Shown: positions 10,139-20,667, counted from the first letter of the stretch. The stretch is 64,000 nt of DNA from Candidatus Hydrogenedentota bacterium (GCA_963674865.2 CAXXYE010000004.1:192001-256000), one strand, 5' to 3'. A program made the numbers and translations. The notes: generated by a model from the letters alone, not told the origin.

Positions 10139-10972
10139 ATGCAGAGCCGTTCCCTCGTAACATACGCGTTGGCTGTGGTAGCGGCCCTTGCGGGCTGCGC
10201 CGCCTGGGCGGAGCCGAAGTTGGCTGTGACGCCCGCCAAGCAGCCCGCCCACCCGGACCAACCGTACCGGATCGTCTACGAGGCGACTTGGAGCGGCGCG
10301 CCCGGGGCCTATTCGGTGTTCCCTCCCGAATTTGATGCGATCGAGTGGGGCGCTATCGACCTCGTTGAGAGCCGGTCGGAAGTCCGCAACGGCCTGAACG
10401 TCGTGGCCCATGTGCTTGATGTAACCCCTTATAAAATAGGCGACTACAAGTTTCCCGAGGTGAGGGTGCAATACGCCGAACCGGCGTCGATGGTGGATGA
10501 GGAACAGGAAGAACAGACTTCCGATGTGCCTGAAGACCTGCCCACGCTGCGAGTCGCCCCGCTGGATGTGCAGGTCCGCCATGACCTGAGTCTACTGGCA
10601 GGTTTCGGCGCCTTCGCGCTTGTTGCTGGCGGCTGTGCGGGCGTGTGGATGTTCGCGCGCCGGCGGCGCAAGTCGGGCGGGACGGCTGAGGTAGTGGTAG
10701 CGGCCGCTGATCTCGGCTCGGTTCAGGACGCCTTGCACCGTGCGAACCAGCGCCGCCTGGACGGGGAGTTCTACGATTTCTTCCGCGAGCTAAGCGAGGC
10801 GGCATCCTCGCTTGACCTCGCGGAGGATGAGAAGCGCGTGGCGGAGAAGCTCATAACCCGTGCGCGCGATATAGGTTACGGCGGCGTTCGTCCAAGTGAC
10901 GATGAGATGGACGGCGCCCTTCGCGAGGTCCAGCGCCTCCTTACACGACGGCAAGAGACGGAATCACTCTAA
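10139..10972 (+). CDS. exported beta-rich domain + TM + helical tail, Bat-operon accessory protein
   Basis: Signal peptide-like N-terminus, TM followed by RRRRK; tail resembles that of 14160..15083. Confidence 0.7.
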   Translation: MQSRSLVTYALAVVAALAGCAAWAEPKLAVTPAKQPAHPDQPYRIVYEATWSGAPGAYSVFPPEFDAIEWGAIDLVESRSEVRNGLNVVAHVLDVTPYKIGDYKFPEVRVQYAEPASMVDEEQEEQTSDVPEDLPTLRVAPLDVQVRHDLSLLAGFGAFALVAGGCAGVWMFARRRRKSGGTAEVVVAAADLGSVQDALHRANQRRLDGEFYDFFRELSEAASSLDLAEDEKRVAEKLITRARDIGYGGVRPSDDEMDGALREVQRLLTRRQETESL

Positions 10973-10985
10973 AGGAGTTCGACCC

Positions 10986-11975
10986 ATGGCAAGCGTGTCC
11001 GTAGAAGCAATCCGAAGGAAGGTGGAAGCTCAGTCGCAGTTTGTGGGGCGGCTGCGCAGCGAGATGGGCAAGATCATTGTGGGCCAGCAGTACATGATCG
11101 ATCGACTGTTGGTTGGCATGCTTGCCAATGGCCACGTCCTTATTGAAGGTGTGCCGGGGCTTGCCAAGACAACCGCGGTGAAGGCCTTGGCGCAGAGCAT
11201 GGACTGCCGGTTCACCCGCATCCAGTTCACGCCGGACCTGCTTCCCGCGGACCTCATCGGGACCTTGGTTTACAATCCTAAGGATGGCGATTTCACCACC
11301 AAGAAAGGCCCCATTTTCGGGAACATCATTCTCGCCGACGAGGTAAACCGCGCCCCCGCGAAGGTTCAGAGCGCCCTGCTCGAAGCCATGCAAGAGCGGC
11401 AGGTCACCATCGGCGAGTCGACGTTTCCCCTCGATGAGCCCTTCATGGTGCTTGCTACTCAGAATCCTATCGAGCAAGAAGGGACGTATCCCCTGCCCGA
11501 GGCGCAGGTCGACCGGTTCATGCTCAAGTTGAAAGTCACTTACCCGAGCCGTGTAGAAGAGCGCGAGATCATGGATCGAGTCAGTCTCCTGCACGAGCCG
11601 CATTTGGAGCCCGTCGTAACAAAACAGGAAATCCTCGAGGCGCGCGAGATCGTCGGCCAGATCTATGTAGACGCCAAAGCTAAGGACTATATCGTGGATA
11701 TTGTCCAAGCCACCCGGCATCCCGAGGCGTTCGGCCTGGATATCAAGCACCTCATCGAATACGGCGCCTCGCCTCGCGCGACCATCTATCTCCAGCAAGC
11801 GGCCCGGGCGCTGGCCTTCTTACAGGGCGAAGGGAACGTCTTCCCGAATGATGTGAAACAGGTGGCGATGGACATTCTCCGGCACCGGCTGATTGTTACC
11901 TACGAGGCCGAGGCGGAGAACATGACCAGCGAAGATGTTATCCGCAAGATCCTCGACACGGTGCCCGTGCCCTAA
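10986..11975 (+). CDS. moxR: MoxR-family AAA+ ATPase
   Basis: EGVPGLAKT, RIQFTPDLLPAD, LADEVNRAPAKVQSALLEAM, ATQNPIEQEGTYPLPEAQ. Confidence 0.96.
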   Translation: MASVSVEAIRRKVEAQSQFVGRLRSEMGKIIVGQQYMIDRLLVGMLANGHVLIEGVPGLAKTTAVKALAQSMDCRFTRIQFTPDLLPADLIGTLVYNPKDGDFTTKKGPIFGNIILADEVNRAPAKVQSALLEAMQERQVTIGESTFPLDEPFMVLATQNPIEQEGTYPLPEAQVDRFMLKLKVTYPSRVEEREIMDRVSLLHEPHLEPVVTKQEILEAREIVGQIYVDAKAKDYIVDIVQATRHPEAFGLDIKHLIEYGASPRATIYLQQAARALAFLQGEGNVFPNDVKQVAMDILRHRLIVTYEAEAENMTSEDVIRKILDTVPVP

Positions 11976-12026
11976 CCTGGGAAGAGTCGCGGTGGTAGAA
12001 CAAAGGAACAGCGCTGGAGCCCAAGC

Positions 12027-12905
12027 ATGATACCGCAAGAAGTCATGCAGCAAATTCGCCGGATTCAGATCCGGACGAGCCACGTCGTCAACGACATTCT
12101 CACCGGCCAATACGAGAGCGTCTTCAAAGGCCAGGGAATGGAGTTCAAGGAAGTGCGCGAGTACGTTCCCGGCGACGAGGTCCGCATGATCGACTGGAAC
12201 GTGACGGCCCGCACGGGCGTGCCCCACGTCAAGCTCCTTGCCGAGGAGCGCGAACTCACCGTGATGATTTTGGTGGACGCCAGCGGCTCGGGGCGCTTCG
12301 GCAGCGTGTCGCGGTTCAAGAACGAACTGGCGGCCGAGCTTTGCGCCGTCTTGGCCATTTCCGCCATCAAGAATAATGACAAGGTTGGACTGATCATTTT
12401 CACGGACGACGTCGAGTTGTACGTGCCGCCAAGCAAAGGTCGTACGCACGTACTGCGCGTGATCCGGGAAGTGCTCTATTTCGACCCGAAAGGCACGGCC
12501 ACCAATATCCCCGGCGCCCTCCAGTTTCTCAATGGCGTCACGAGGCGCCGTGCCGTGGCGTTCCTCGTGTCGGACTTCATGGCCGATGGCTACGAAACGG
12601 CGCTGCGGGTGGCCAACCGGCGCCACGACATGATTGCTGTATCCGTGACTGACCCGCGGGAAGAATCGCTGCCTGACGTAGGATACGTGGCCGTCCGCGA
12701 CGCCGAGACGGGACGCGAAGTGCTCGTCGATACGAGCGAGAAGGCTGTCCGTGAAGAATACGCCAAGGCCGCGCGGGCGCGTGCCGGGAAGCGTGATACC
12801 ACCTTCCAGCGTACGCGTGTCGACGCCATTCACGTGCGGACGGATAGGCCCTACATCGAAGAACTCTACCGGTTTTTCCGCATGAGGGAGAGAAGATATG
12901 CCTGA
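12027..12905 (+). CDS. DUF58 domain protein
   Basis: GMEFKEVREYVPGDEVRMIDWNVTAR, EERE, DASGS, VSDF. Confidence 0.93.
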   Translation: MIPQEVMQQIRRIQIRTSHVVNDILTGQYESVFKGQGMEFKEVREYVPGDEVRMIDWNVTARTGVPHVKLLAEERELTVMILVDASGSGRFGSVSRFKNELAAELCAVLAISAIKNNDKVGLIIFTDDVELYVPPSKGRTHVLRVIREVLYFDPKGTATNIPGALQFLNGVTRRRAVAFLVSDFMADGYETALRVANRRHDMIAVSVTDPREESLPDVGYVAVRDAETGREVLVDTSEKAVREEYAKAARARAGKRDTTFQRTRVDAIHVRTDRPYIEELYRFFRMRERRYA

Positions 12906-14163
12906 GGGAACGGAACGGCTGAAGGAGTTTCGCGCCCAGTATCGCGGCGGGTCGAGCCAGCACAAGTGGCTGCTGATTATCCAAACCATCGTCCTGCTCG
13001 TTGGCTTCGCGGTGCTCTTCACGATGCTCGGATTCGGAGGCAAGGTCGAAGCGCCGGCCCGGTTCAACGCGACCAGCGCGGGCGGTCTCTCGCCCGACGC
13101 ACTCCGTGAGTATGCGGCGTATCTCGCGGAGAAGCATCTTCCTTTGGCGGCCATTGACGCGTACGAGGAGTACCTAGACAAGGCCGCCTTGGAGGACCCG
13201 GAGCGCGCCAAGGTGTGCTACAGCGCGGCGAAGCTCGCCGTTGATGCTGAGGACTATAGCAAGGCCCTGGCCCTTCTCTACCAGGCGGAGTTGCTCGACC
13301 CGGAGTCGGAACTGAAAGACGAGATCAACAAGAAGGTGGCCCTTTGTCTGGATAAACTGGGCCGGAATGTCGAGCTCAGACGTGAACTCCGCCGCCGCTC
13401 TGACCTCGCGCGCAAGGCGTCGGATTTGTCGGACGACGAAGTGATCTTGGCGGAGTTTGGCGACGAGGTGATCACCGATCGCGACTTGGAGCAGGAAATT
13501 GAGGAACTGCCCGGCTCCGTGCGCAAATCCTTGGACGTACCGGAGAATGAGCTCGAGTTTCTCAAGAATCTCGTAGCCGAGCGCCTCCTTGTGGACAAGG
13601 CCCGCCGTCTCGAACTCGACAAGAGCGAGGAGATCCAGGAGGCATTGGCGAAGCAACTCGACGCGATGATGGTGCGCCGCCTCATCGACGATGAACTGCG
13701 CGATCGCGTTCACGTCACACCGGAGGAGGTCGAGCGCTACTACAAAGCCGAGATCGAGCACTTCACCATTCCGGAGGCCGCCCAAGTTCGTATTGCCGAG
13801 GCCGCGACGGCCGAGAAGGCCAAAGTTCTGACGGACTTTCCCGAAGAGGAGGTTACGGTTCAGCGCGGCCGGGCGATCCCGGGACTTCCCGAGAGTCCGG
13901 AGACGGTGGACCTCATCTTCGCCACGGATCCCGGTGAGTTGGCCGGCCCTGTCGCGATTGAGGGGAAGTGGTACGTTTTCGAGGTGGTTTCCCGTGCGCC
14001 GGAGGAAGTGCGCCCCTTCGAGGAGGTCAAGGAACAGGCGCGCCGCATGCTCCAGTTCACCAAAGAGCAGGAGCAACTCCGTGCGCTCATTGAAGAGACC
14101 CTCGAAGCGCGTGATGTGCGGTTGCATCCAGAGCGCCTGAAGGGGACGGCATCCGCTTCATGA
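12898..14163 (+). CDS. membrane-anchored TPR + SurA/parvulin-like foldase
   Basis: N-terminal TM, TPR-like helices, ITDRDLEQEIEELP...LVAERLL, VTPEEVERYY, RPFEEVKEQ. Confidence 0.75.
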   Translation: MPEGTERLKEFRAQYRGGSSQHKWLLIIQTIVLLVGFAVLFTMLGFGGKVEAPARFNATSAGGLSPDALREYAAYLAEKHLPLAAIDAYEEYLDKAALEDPERAKVCYSAAKLAVDAEDYSKALALLYQAELLDPESELKDEINKKVALCLDKLGRNVELRRELRRRSDLARKASDLSDDEVILAEFGDEVITDRDLEQEIEELPGSVRKSLDVPENELEFLKNLVAERLLVDKARRLELDKSEEIQEALAKQLDAMMVRRLIDDELRDRVHVTPEEVERYYKAEIEHFTIPEAAQVRIAEAATAEKAKVLTDFPEEEVTVQRGRAIPGLPESPETVDLIFATDPGELAGPVAIEGKWYVFEVVSRAPEEVRPFEEVKEQARRMLQFTKEQEQLRALIEETLEARDVRLHPERLKGTASAS

Positions 14164-15083
14164 ACACGTTGTCCGCCATAGCGCTTGCTTTCCTCGCCGC
14201 CGCGAGCGACGGCGACGTGACGGCCTCCGTGCGTCTGGCCCCGCCGGTGATCCCATTTCACAGGCAGGCGACCTTCACCCTTGTGGTGGAGGCCCCTTCG
14301 GATGTAGAGCCCCAAATTGCCGACATGGCCGACAGGTTTGGCGGGCTCGGGATCTACGGCACGCCTTCTCGTGACGTCACGACGCTCAGGGGCGGCAGGA
14401 AACGCATCACGGAAACCTATGTGCTGGATCCTGTTTTCGTTGGCCAATACCCACTCGGGCCTGTCGAAGTAACCTGGGGCGACGGGCAACGCCTTGTCAT
14501 CCCCTGCCCGGCCTTGCGCGTGCGCGACCTGACGCCCGAGGAGACTGAAGAGGCCATGCGGTTTGAGCCCATCGCCGGAGCGATTTCCCCAGGCATACCG
14601 ACTTGGAAAGACTGGCGACTTTGGCTGGCCGGCGGGATGGCGGCCGCTCTTAGCGCAGCGGGCGGGTGGTACCTTCTCCGGCAACGGGGCAAGAAGAGCA
14701 TTGAGGCGCCCCCGGCGCCGCCTTGGGAGGTCGCCTATGATCGGCTGCGGCAGCTTGACGAGCGTCATCTGCCGGAATCCGGGCGATTTGAGACGTTTTA
14801 TGTCGATTTGTCGTCGATTCTTCGCTACTACATCGAAGATCGTTTTGAATTGCACGCCCCCGAACGCACCACGCCGGAGTTCCTTGCTGAGGCGCGGGAC
14901 AGCGAGGTGCTGAGTGAGGCGCATCAACGCGTCTTGGCCAACCTGCTTCGCCATTGCGACCTTGTGAAATTTGCCCGGTACCGCCCTTCCGTTGAAGATA
15001 TGGAGAAGGGCCTTTCCGCGGTGATCCGGTTCGTGGACGAGACGGTGCCTCGCGAAGAGGTTGCGCCGGAGGCCGCCGCATGA
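14160..15083 (+). CDS. Bat-operon membrane protein (DUF4381-like)
   Basis: Signal peptide, beta domain, TM, PPWEVAYDRL...FYVDLSSILRYYIEDRF...ERTTPEF...DLVKFA. Confidence 0.8.
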   Translation: MNTLSAIALAFLAAASDGDVTASVRLAPPVIPFHRQATFTLVVEAPSDVEPQIADMADRFGGLGIYGTPSRDVTTLRGGRKRITETYVLDPVFVGQYPLGPVEVTWGDGQRLVIPCPALRVRDLTPEETEEAMRFEPIAGAISPGIPTWKDWRLWLAGGMAAALSAAGGWYLLRQRGKKSIEAPPAPPWEVAYDRLRQLDERHLPESGRFETFYVDLSSILRYYIEDRFELHAPERTTPEFLAEARDSEVLSEAHQRVLANLLRHCDLVKFARYRPSVEDMEKGLSAVIRFVDETVPREEVAPEAAA

Positions 15084-16129
15084 GTCTCTTTGCGCCATTT
15101 GAGTTCACGACGCTCATGCAGCCCTGGATACTGAGCGGCTTGGTGGGTGTGTTTTTGCTGCTCGCCGCGGAGGTCACGGCCCGAGCGCCAGGCACGCTCA
15201 TCGTCTCGACGGGCGAGGCCCTCGCTGGCGCTCCCGGCCGACGCCGTGCCCTAATACGGCGGGCGCCGGCTGTGCTGCGCGCCTTAGGCCTGTCATTGCT
15301 ACTCGTGGCCGCTGCACGGCCCATCAAGGGCCTTCAGGCGCGCAAGGATAGAGCCAACGTTGTGGATATCATGCTATGCGTAGACGTGAGCGAGAGTATG
15401 AGGGCGGAGGATTTTCTGGCCGGCGGGCAGCGTGTAGATCGACTGGATGTTACGAAGATGGTGGTGCGGGACTTCATTGCAAGCCGCAAGGACAAGCCCG
15501 AGGATCGCTATGGGCTCGACCGCGTCGGCCTGGTTCTCTACGGTAGCTACGCGTGGACGCAGTGTCCGCTGACGCTCGACTACGGCGTTCTGGAGCGAGA
15601 GCTGGACCTGGCTCGCATCGCCGAGAACAGCGCCAAATCGCAACGCACGGCCATCGGGTCGGCCGTCGGCCTTGCGGTGAGCAGGCTGCGGAAGTCCGAG
15701 GCCGAGAGCAAGGTCATCATTCTGCTTACCGATGGCCAGAATAACTCGGGCGAACTCGGCCCGACAACGGCCGCGCAGTTGGCCAAGGAATACGGGATAC
15801 GCATTTACACCATCGGCGTGGGCTCGCGCGACGGCTCCATGGGCACGCCCGGTGGACTTTTCGGCTGGATGACGAGGTCGGCCGCGCCCGTGGATGAAGA
15901 GGCCCTCAAGGAGATCGCCGCTATCGCGGACGGCAAGTACTACCGTGCGACAGACACCGCGTCGCTGGCCGGCGCCTACGCCGAGATAAGTCAACTCGAG
16001 GCGACTGAAATCGAGATCGGCGACTACTACGAACATGAAGAGGGATTTGTGCCTTACGCGATTATGGGCGCCCTCTTCTTACTGGCGTCCGTGTTTAGCC
16101 GCCGGCTATGGTTTGAACCGATTCCTTAG
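15080..16129 (+). CDS. batA: vWA domain protein BatA
   Basis: AARP, MIDAS DVSES, CPLTLDY, TAIGSA, ILLTDGQNNSG, IYTIGVG. Confidence 0.9.
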   Translation: MSLFAPFEFTTLMQPWILSGLVGVFLLLAAEVTARAPGTLIVSTGEALAGAPGRRRALIRRAPAVLRALGLSLLLVAAARPIKGLQARKDRANVVDIMLCVDVSESMRAEDFLAGGQRVDRLDVTKMVVRDFIASRKDKPEDRYGLDRVGLVLYGSYAWTQCPLTLDYGVLERELDLARIAENSAKSQRTAIGSAVGLAVSRLRKSEAESKVIILLTDGQNNSGELGPTTAAQLAKEYGIRIYTIGVGSRDGSMGTPGGLFGWMTRSAAPVDEEALKEIAAIADGKYYRATDTASLAGAYAEISQLEATEIEIGDYYEHEEGFVPYAIMGALFLLASVFSRRLWFEPIP

Positions 16130-16139
16130 GGAGCAAGGC

Positions 16140-17231
16140 ATGGAATTCGGCTTCGCATTTCCGATCCGCTACGTGCACGTTTGGCTTGGCCTGACGACCC
16201 TTGTCCTGGCGCTGCTCGTTCTCGCGCTGCTTGCCACGGAGCGGCGTCGGCGCGAGCGTGTGGAGCGGTTTGTGGAAGCGAATCTGCGTGACAGGCTGAC
16301 GGCGGGGCGTAGCGTCGTGTCACGGCGTCCCCTGTTTTGGTTCACCGTGGTTGGCAGCTTCTTCTTGGCGCTCACGTTTGCACAGCCCCGATGGGGCCGG
16401 GCGTGGCAGGAAGTGGACAGGCTAAGCCGCGATATCATGATCTGCCTTGATACCTCCGAGAGCATGTTGGCCAAGAATCCGCTGCCGAACCGGCTGGAAA
16501 GATCGAAGCAGAAGATACTTGCCTTGATCGACCGGGCGCCGGGCGATCGCTACGGCCTCGTAGCCTTCTCCGGCGGCGCGGAACTTCAGTGCCCTTTGAC
16601 GCATGACCAAGGCTATTTCAGAGCCGTACTCAACGCAGTGGATACCGACACCATCAGCTACGAGGGCACGGACATTGCCGCCGCCCTTCATGAGGCTACG
16701 GAAGTCTTCAAAGAGGATGCCGAGCAGACGGGGGATTACAATAAGGACGCCCGGGCGATTCTGCTCATTTCCGACGGCGAGCAAGTTGCCGGCGACGCGG
16801 TCGAGGCGGCCGAAGAGGCCGCGCGCTACGCGCGTGTATATGTCATCGGCGTCGGCGACCCGAACGGCGCTGAGATACGGATCCCCGATCTCGTGAGACG
16901 CACCACACGCGGCGGGGGAGAGGCGACCCATCTCTCGAAGCTTGATGAGGACACGTTGATCAAGGTGGCCCAGTTCGGCCAGGGCGGCTACATTCGTACA
17001 ACGCCGGACAACCGTGACATCGAAGAGATCCACGGACATATTGAGAGACTTGCGGCGCGGAGCGCCGACAGCGATATACGATTCCACCTGGTGAACCGCT
17101 ACCAATGGCCTTTGGCTTTAGCCATTCTCTGCTTTGCCGCAGAGGGCCTGTGGGTGGCCGTCCTGCCGAAGTTCCGCTACTGGGGCCGTCGGTTCAGGTC
17201 GCCGAGGGAGGGTGTACGGGGCCATGCGTAG
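16140..17231 (+). CDS. batB: vWA domain protein BatB
   Basis: AQPRWG, MIDAS DTSES, PNRLER, CPLTHD, LISDGE, RYQWPL. Confidence 0.9.
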   Translation: MEFGFAFPIRYVHVWLGLTTLVLALLVLALLATERRRRERVERFVEANLRDRLTAGRSVVSRRPLFWFTVVGSFFLALTFAQPRWGRAWQEVDRLSRDIMICLDTSESMLAKNPLPNRLERSKQKILALIDRAPGDRYGLVAFSGGAELQCPLTHDQGYFRAVLNAVDTDTISYEGTDIAAALHEATEVFKEDAEQTGDYNKDARAILLISDGEQVAGDAVEAAEEAARYARVYVIGVGDPNGAEIRIPDLVRRTTRGGGEATHLSKLDEDTLIKVAQFGQGGYIRTTPDNRDIEEIHGHIERLAARSADSDIRFHLVNRYQWPLALAILCFAAEGLWVAVLPKFRYWGRRFRSPREGVRGHA

Positions 17232-18159
17232 AGCACTCGTGACAACCGCCATGCTCGCCCTTGCTTGTGTTGCGTGGGGGGCGGAGTCCTTCAACGAGCG
17301 TCTGGAGAAAGGGCACGCCGCGCTGCGAGACGGCGATGTCGATGGCGCCATGGCGACGTATCGTGACCTTCAGACGGACGAGCCCGAGTCGGAGTTCCTG
17401 TATTACAATATGGGCCGCGCCCAGTACATCCAGGGGGAGCAGGACCTTGAGGCGGGCGCCGCTGAGAACGCCGTCGATGCATTCAAGAACGCAGCCGACT
17501 CTTTCGAGAAGGTAACCGTGTCTCCTGATGAACGCCTGCGCGTCAGCGCCGAATACAACCTGGCCAACTGCCGCGCCCAGATTGCCAAGCAGTCCATGTC
17601 GGATGGCGATCGCGAGGAGAGTATCACCGCGTTTCAGGAGGCCATTGACGGCTACGAGGAGTTGCTGCGAAAGCGCCCGGATCACAAGGAGGCGAAGAAT
17701 AACCTCGATCACATGCGTTACTTCCTAAAGCGGATGATGCAGACGCCGCCGCCTCCACCGCAAGAGCAGGAGAACCAGGATAACAAGCAGGAGCAGTCGA
17801 AAGAGCAGCAACAAGACTCGGAGAGCGAGCAGAATCAGCAGGGCGAACACGCGAAGAACCAGGAGCAAGATAAGGACACGCCCGAGTCGGAACCGGGCGA
17901 GGATGAGGCGGACGAGCAGCAGCAACAGGCGTCCGAGCAGGAACAGGCCGATGATCAGGAGCCGTCCGCTGGCCAGGAGAAGGACGAAGCCCAAGCTCAA
18001 CAAGGCGACGAAATGAACGATGAGCGACAGGGAGAGGAGCCGAAAGACCGCCAAGCTATCGAGGCCTTGCTCCAGTCGCTGGAAGATCTGGATAAACGAG
18101 AGCAGTACGATGCCCGCCGCCATGGGCCGGACGTGAGGGCCAGAAAGGAATGGTGGTGA
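17224..18159 (+). CDS. batC: TPR protein BatC with Q/E-rich linker
   Basis: YYNMG, EYNLAN, AKNNL, long Gln/Glu-rich tract, ends KEWW. Confidence 0.85.
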   Translation: MRRALVTTAMLALACVAWGAESFNERLEKGHAALRDGDVDGAMATYRDLQTDEPESEFLYYNMGRAQYIQGEQDLEAGAAENAVDAFKNAADSFEKVTVSPDERLRVSAEYNLANCRAQIAKQSMSDGDREESITAFQEAIDGYEELLRKRPDHKEAKNNLDHMRYFLKRMMQTPPPPPQEQENQDNKQEQSKEQQQDSESEQNQQGEHAKNQEQDKDTPESEPGEDEADEQQQQASEQEQADDQEPSAGQEKDEAQAQQGDEMNDERQGEEPKDRQAIEALLQSLEDLDKREQYDARRHGPDVRARKEWW

Positions 18160-19904
18160 TGCGCGTGCTGATCGCCATAGCGGTTGCTCTTGTGGCCGCC
18201 TCAGCCGCCATAGCCGAGGATCATGTCCGCGTCCATGTCGATCGCACCACCGTGGCGGCGAATACGGAGTTCAGGATTGACGTCGAAGCAAGCGGCGAGT
18301 CCGTTGGGGAGCCGATTTTCGACGATCCCATTGAGGGCCTAACGGTACGTCCGAAGCCCATCGGCCAATCGCAGAGCGTGCAGTGGTCCACCGGGAAAGG
18401 CAAGACGGTTACGAAGTCCCTCAGCTACGCGGCAGTTGCTACAAAGGTGGGCGAGGTGAAACTCCCGCCTGTTGGCGTTCCCGTCAACGGCAAGCTCCTT
18501 TACTCCAAGCCCGTTACCTTGAACGTGGTGGCTGAAACGCAGCCTCAACGGGGACTCGCATGGGAAGACATCATCATTGTCACAAGCAGGGTGGACAAGA
18601 GCGAGGTGTATCAGGGGGAACAACTGGCACTTACCCTTGAACAGTGGATCATGAGCAACGAGTCCGTTGAGGCCGGGACGTTCCGCGGGGCCGATATCCG
18701 CTACCCGGATACGAGCGGCTTCTATACAACACCCTTAACAACGGATGTTATCCAAAGGACGCGCAACGGCTGGAGCTACGATGTGACGGAATATCGTCAG
18801 GTTCTGTATGCAACCACCACCGGCGACCTGGTGATAGGGCCGTGGTACTGGGAGGGCTTGGCCAGGGCCCGAACGCGGTACGGTGTGCAACAGAAGACGT
18901 ACAATCTGCAGACTTCGGAGATTCATGTCAAGGTCAAACCTTTGCCCGAGGGACCTCCCAACTTCTCCGGGGCCGTGGGCCGGTTCACCCTCAATGCGGA
19001 ACTCACCCGCGATGAGGTTATTCAGGGCGTGCCCACGACACTTATCGTGCGCGTCAGTGGGGAAGGCAATCCAGACGCGATTGGCGAGCCGCATCTGCCT
19101 CCTATCGAGAACGCCTACCTCTCCGATGCTGAGAAAGAGACTGCCGAGACGAAGGGCAGTGGGCTCCTCGAGAAGCGCTTCACTTATATGATAACTCCTC
19201 TGAAACCAGGCAACATGATGATCCCTCCCGTCGAGTTCTGCTATTTCGATCCTCAGGATGAAGAGTTCAAGACCGAGGCCGCCGGCCCTTTCACGCTCCG
19301 TGTGCTCGAGTCCGTCGAATCAGGCCCACGGACGCTCGTGAGCGATAACAACGTCGACTCACCAAGCCACGCCGTGGGAGTTATTGATGAGGACATCCGC
19401 CCCTTGGCTCCTTGCCCGGATGGGCTTCGGCCATCTCCGCCCGCGCCGCTTCGTAACGCCGGCGCCGTGGCCTTTCCGGCGGTGGCCTATCTCGCCGCTG
19501 CTATGCTTGTTCGCCGGAAGCGGCGTTTTGAACAGGATTCCACGTATACGCGAGCCTATCACGCGAAAGCGGCATGCCTTAAGCGCCTGCGGGCCGTTCG
19601 TGCGTCGGCCCAGCCGGCCGACGATATCTACCGGACGCTGGCCGCCTTCATCGCCGATGAATTCGATGTTCCCGAGGCTGGAATGACGGCGGCGGACGCA
19701 GAGCGCCTACTCCAAAGCCGGGGCGTCGAGTCGTCCTTGGCGGACAATTTCGTGAAGATGCTGCGTAAGTGCGAGCGTGCGCGGTTTGGCTCGTCAGCGT
19801 TGAGCGCCGATGAGGTGCGGGCGCTCACGCGGGGCGCCGTGGAGTGCGTGGGGGCGCTCGACGGTACGCTGAAGAGACTTAGGAAGAAGGAGCGGACTCA
19901 ATGA
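18159..19904 (+). CDS. batD: BatD family protein
   Basis: Signal peptide, VDKSEVYQGEQ, VKPLP...FSGAVGRF, VSGEGN, C-terminal TM. Confidence 0.9.
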   Translation: MRVLIAIAVALVAASAAIAEDHVRVHVDRTTVAANTEFRIDVEASGESVGEPIFDDPIEGLTVRPKPIGQSQSVQWSTGKGKTVTKSLSYAAVATKVGEVKLPPVGVPVNGKLLYSKPVTLNVVAETQPQRGLAWEDIIIVTSRVDKSEVYQGEQLALTLEQWIMSNESVEAGTFRGADIRYPDTSGFYTTPLTTDVIQRTRNGWSYDVTEYRQVLYATTTGDLVIGPWYWEGLARARTRYGVQQKTYNLQTSEIHVKVKPLPEGPPNFSGAVGRFTLNAELTRDEVIQGVPTTLIVRVSGEGNPDAIGEPHLPPIENAYLSDAEKETAETKGSGLLEKRFTYMITPLKPGNMMIPPVEFCYFDPQDEEFKTEAAGPFTLRVLESVESGPRTLVSDNNVDSPSHAVGVIDEDIRPLAPCPDGLRPSPPAPLRNAGAVAFPAVAYLAAAMLVRRKRRFEQDSTYTRAYHAKAACLKRLRAVRASAQPADDIYRTLAAFIADEFDVPEAGMTAADAERLLQSRGVESSLADNFVKMLRKCERARFGSSALSADEVRALTRGAVECVGALDGTLKRLRKKERTQ

Positions 19905-20653
19905 CGGCGCTTCTTGGAATACTCCTGGCCTGCGCCGGTGCGGGCGCATTCACGGATGCCTTCGACCAGGCCTGTGCGGAGTACGAGCAAAAGGACTATA
20001 TTGCCGCGGCGCAGCGATTCGAGCAGTTGGTTGACGAGGATGTCGTGGCTCCGGCTGTCTTCTACAACCTGGGCAATTGCTACTATCGCCTGGGGCGCCT
20101 GGGGCCCGCCATCGCGAACTACGAGCGGGCGTTGCACCTTGCCCCCGGATTTGAGAACGCGGCGCAGAACATGGCCGAGTGCATCAAGAAGACGGAGCGC
20201 CGCCTCAACCGGGTGCAGCGGCCCGAATGGGAGCGAAGCCTACTCTTCTGGCATTACACATTGCCGCCCAAAGTCACGCGGGCCGTGGCCGTTTTTCTAT
20301 GGTATGCACTGTGGACAGCGCTTGCTCTCCGCCTCTGGCGGCCTGAGCGCTACCTGTCGCGAATGGCCATTGTGCTGGCGGTGCTCGCTGCGGCCTTCGG
20401 AGCCAGTGCGTGGGCCAAGGCCCATCCGCCGGCGCTGGCCGTGGCGGCCGTGGAGCGGGTGCCCGTTCACTACGGCACGAATGAAGATGAGGCCGTGCGC
20501 TTTGAGTTGTACGAGGGAGATCGCGTTGCGGTGGATAGGCGCGCTGACGGATGGGCGCGTGTGAATATCTCGAGCGGCGAGCGAGGCTGGGCGAGGGAAA
20601 GCGATTTGGTGTTTGTGGGCCCTCCCTATGAGGCGTCACGCGCGCCATTGTGA
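19901..20653 (+). CDS. batE: BatE (TPR + TM + SH3-like)
   Basis: FYNLGNCYYRLGRLGPAIANYERAL, two TMs, FELYEG...GERGW. Confidence 0.88.
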   Translation: MTALLGILLACAGAGAFTDAFDQACAEYEQKDYIAAAQRFEQLVDEDVVAPAVFYNLGNCYYRLGRLGPAIANYERALHLAPGFENAAQNMAECIKKTERRLNRVQRPEWERSLLFWHYTLPPKVTRAVAVFLWYALWTALALRLWRPERYLSRMAIVLAVLAAAFGASAWAKAHPPALAVAAVERVPVHYGTNEDEAVRFELYEGDRVAVDRRADGWARVNISSGERGWARESDLVFVGPPYEASRAPL

Positions 20654-20667
20654 GAGTCGGAGCAATA

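Noticed and set aside
11820..13211. 463-aa antisense ORF across DUF58 and the foldase
   Set aside because: Overlaps well-supported + strand genes
17760..18050. CAG/GAG-rich repetitive DNA
   Set aside because: Encodes the Gln/Glu-rich linker typical of BatC; not an independent repeat
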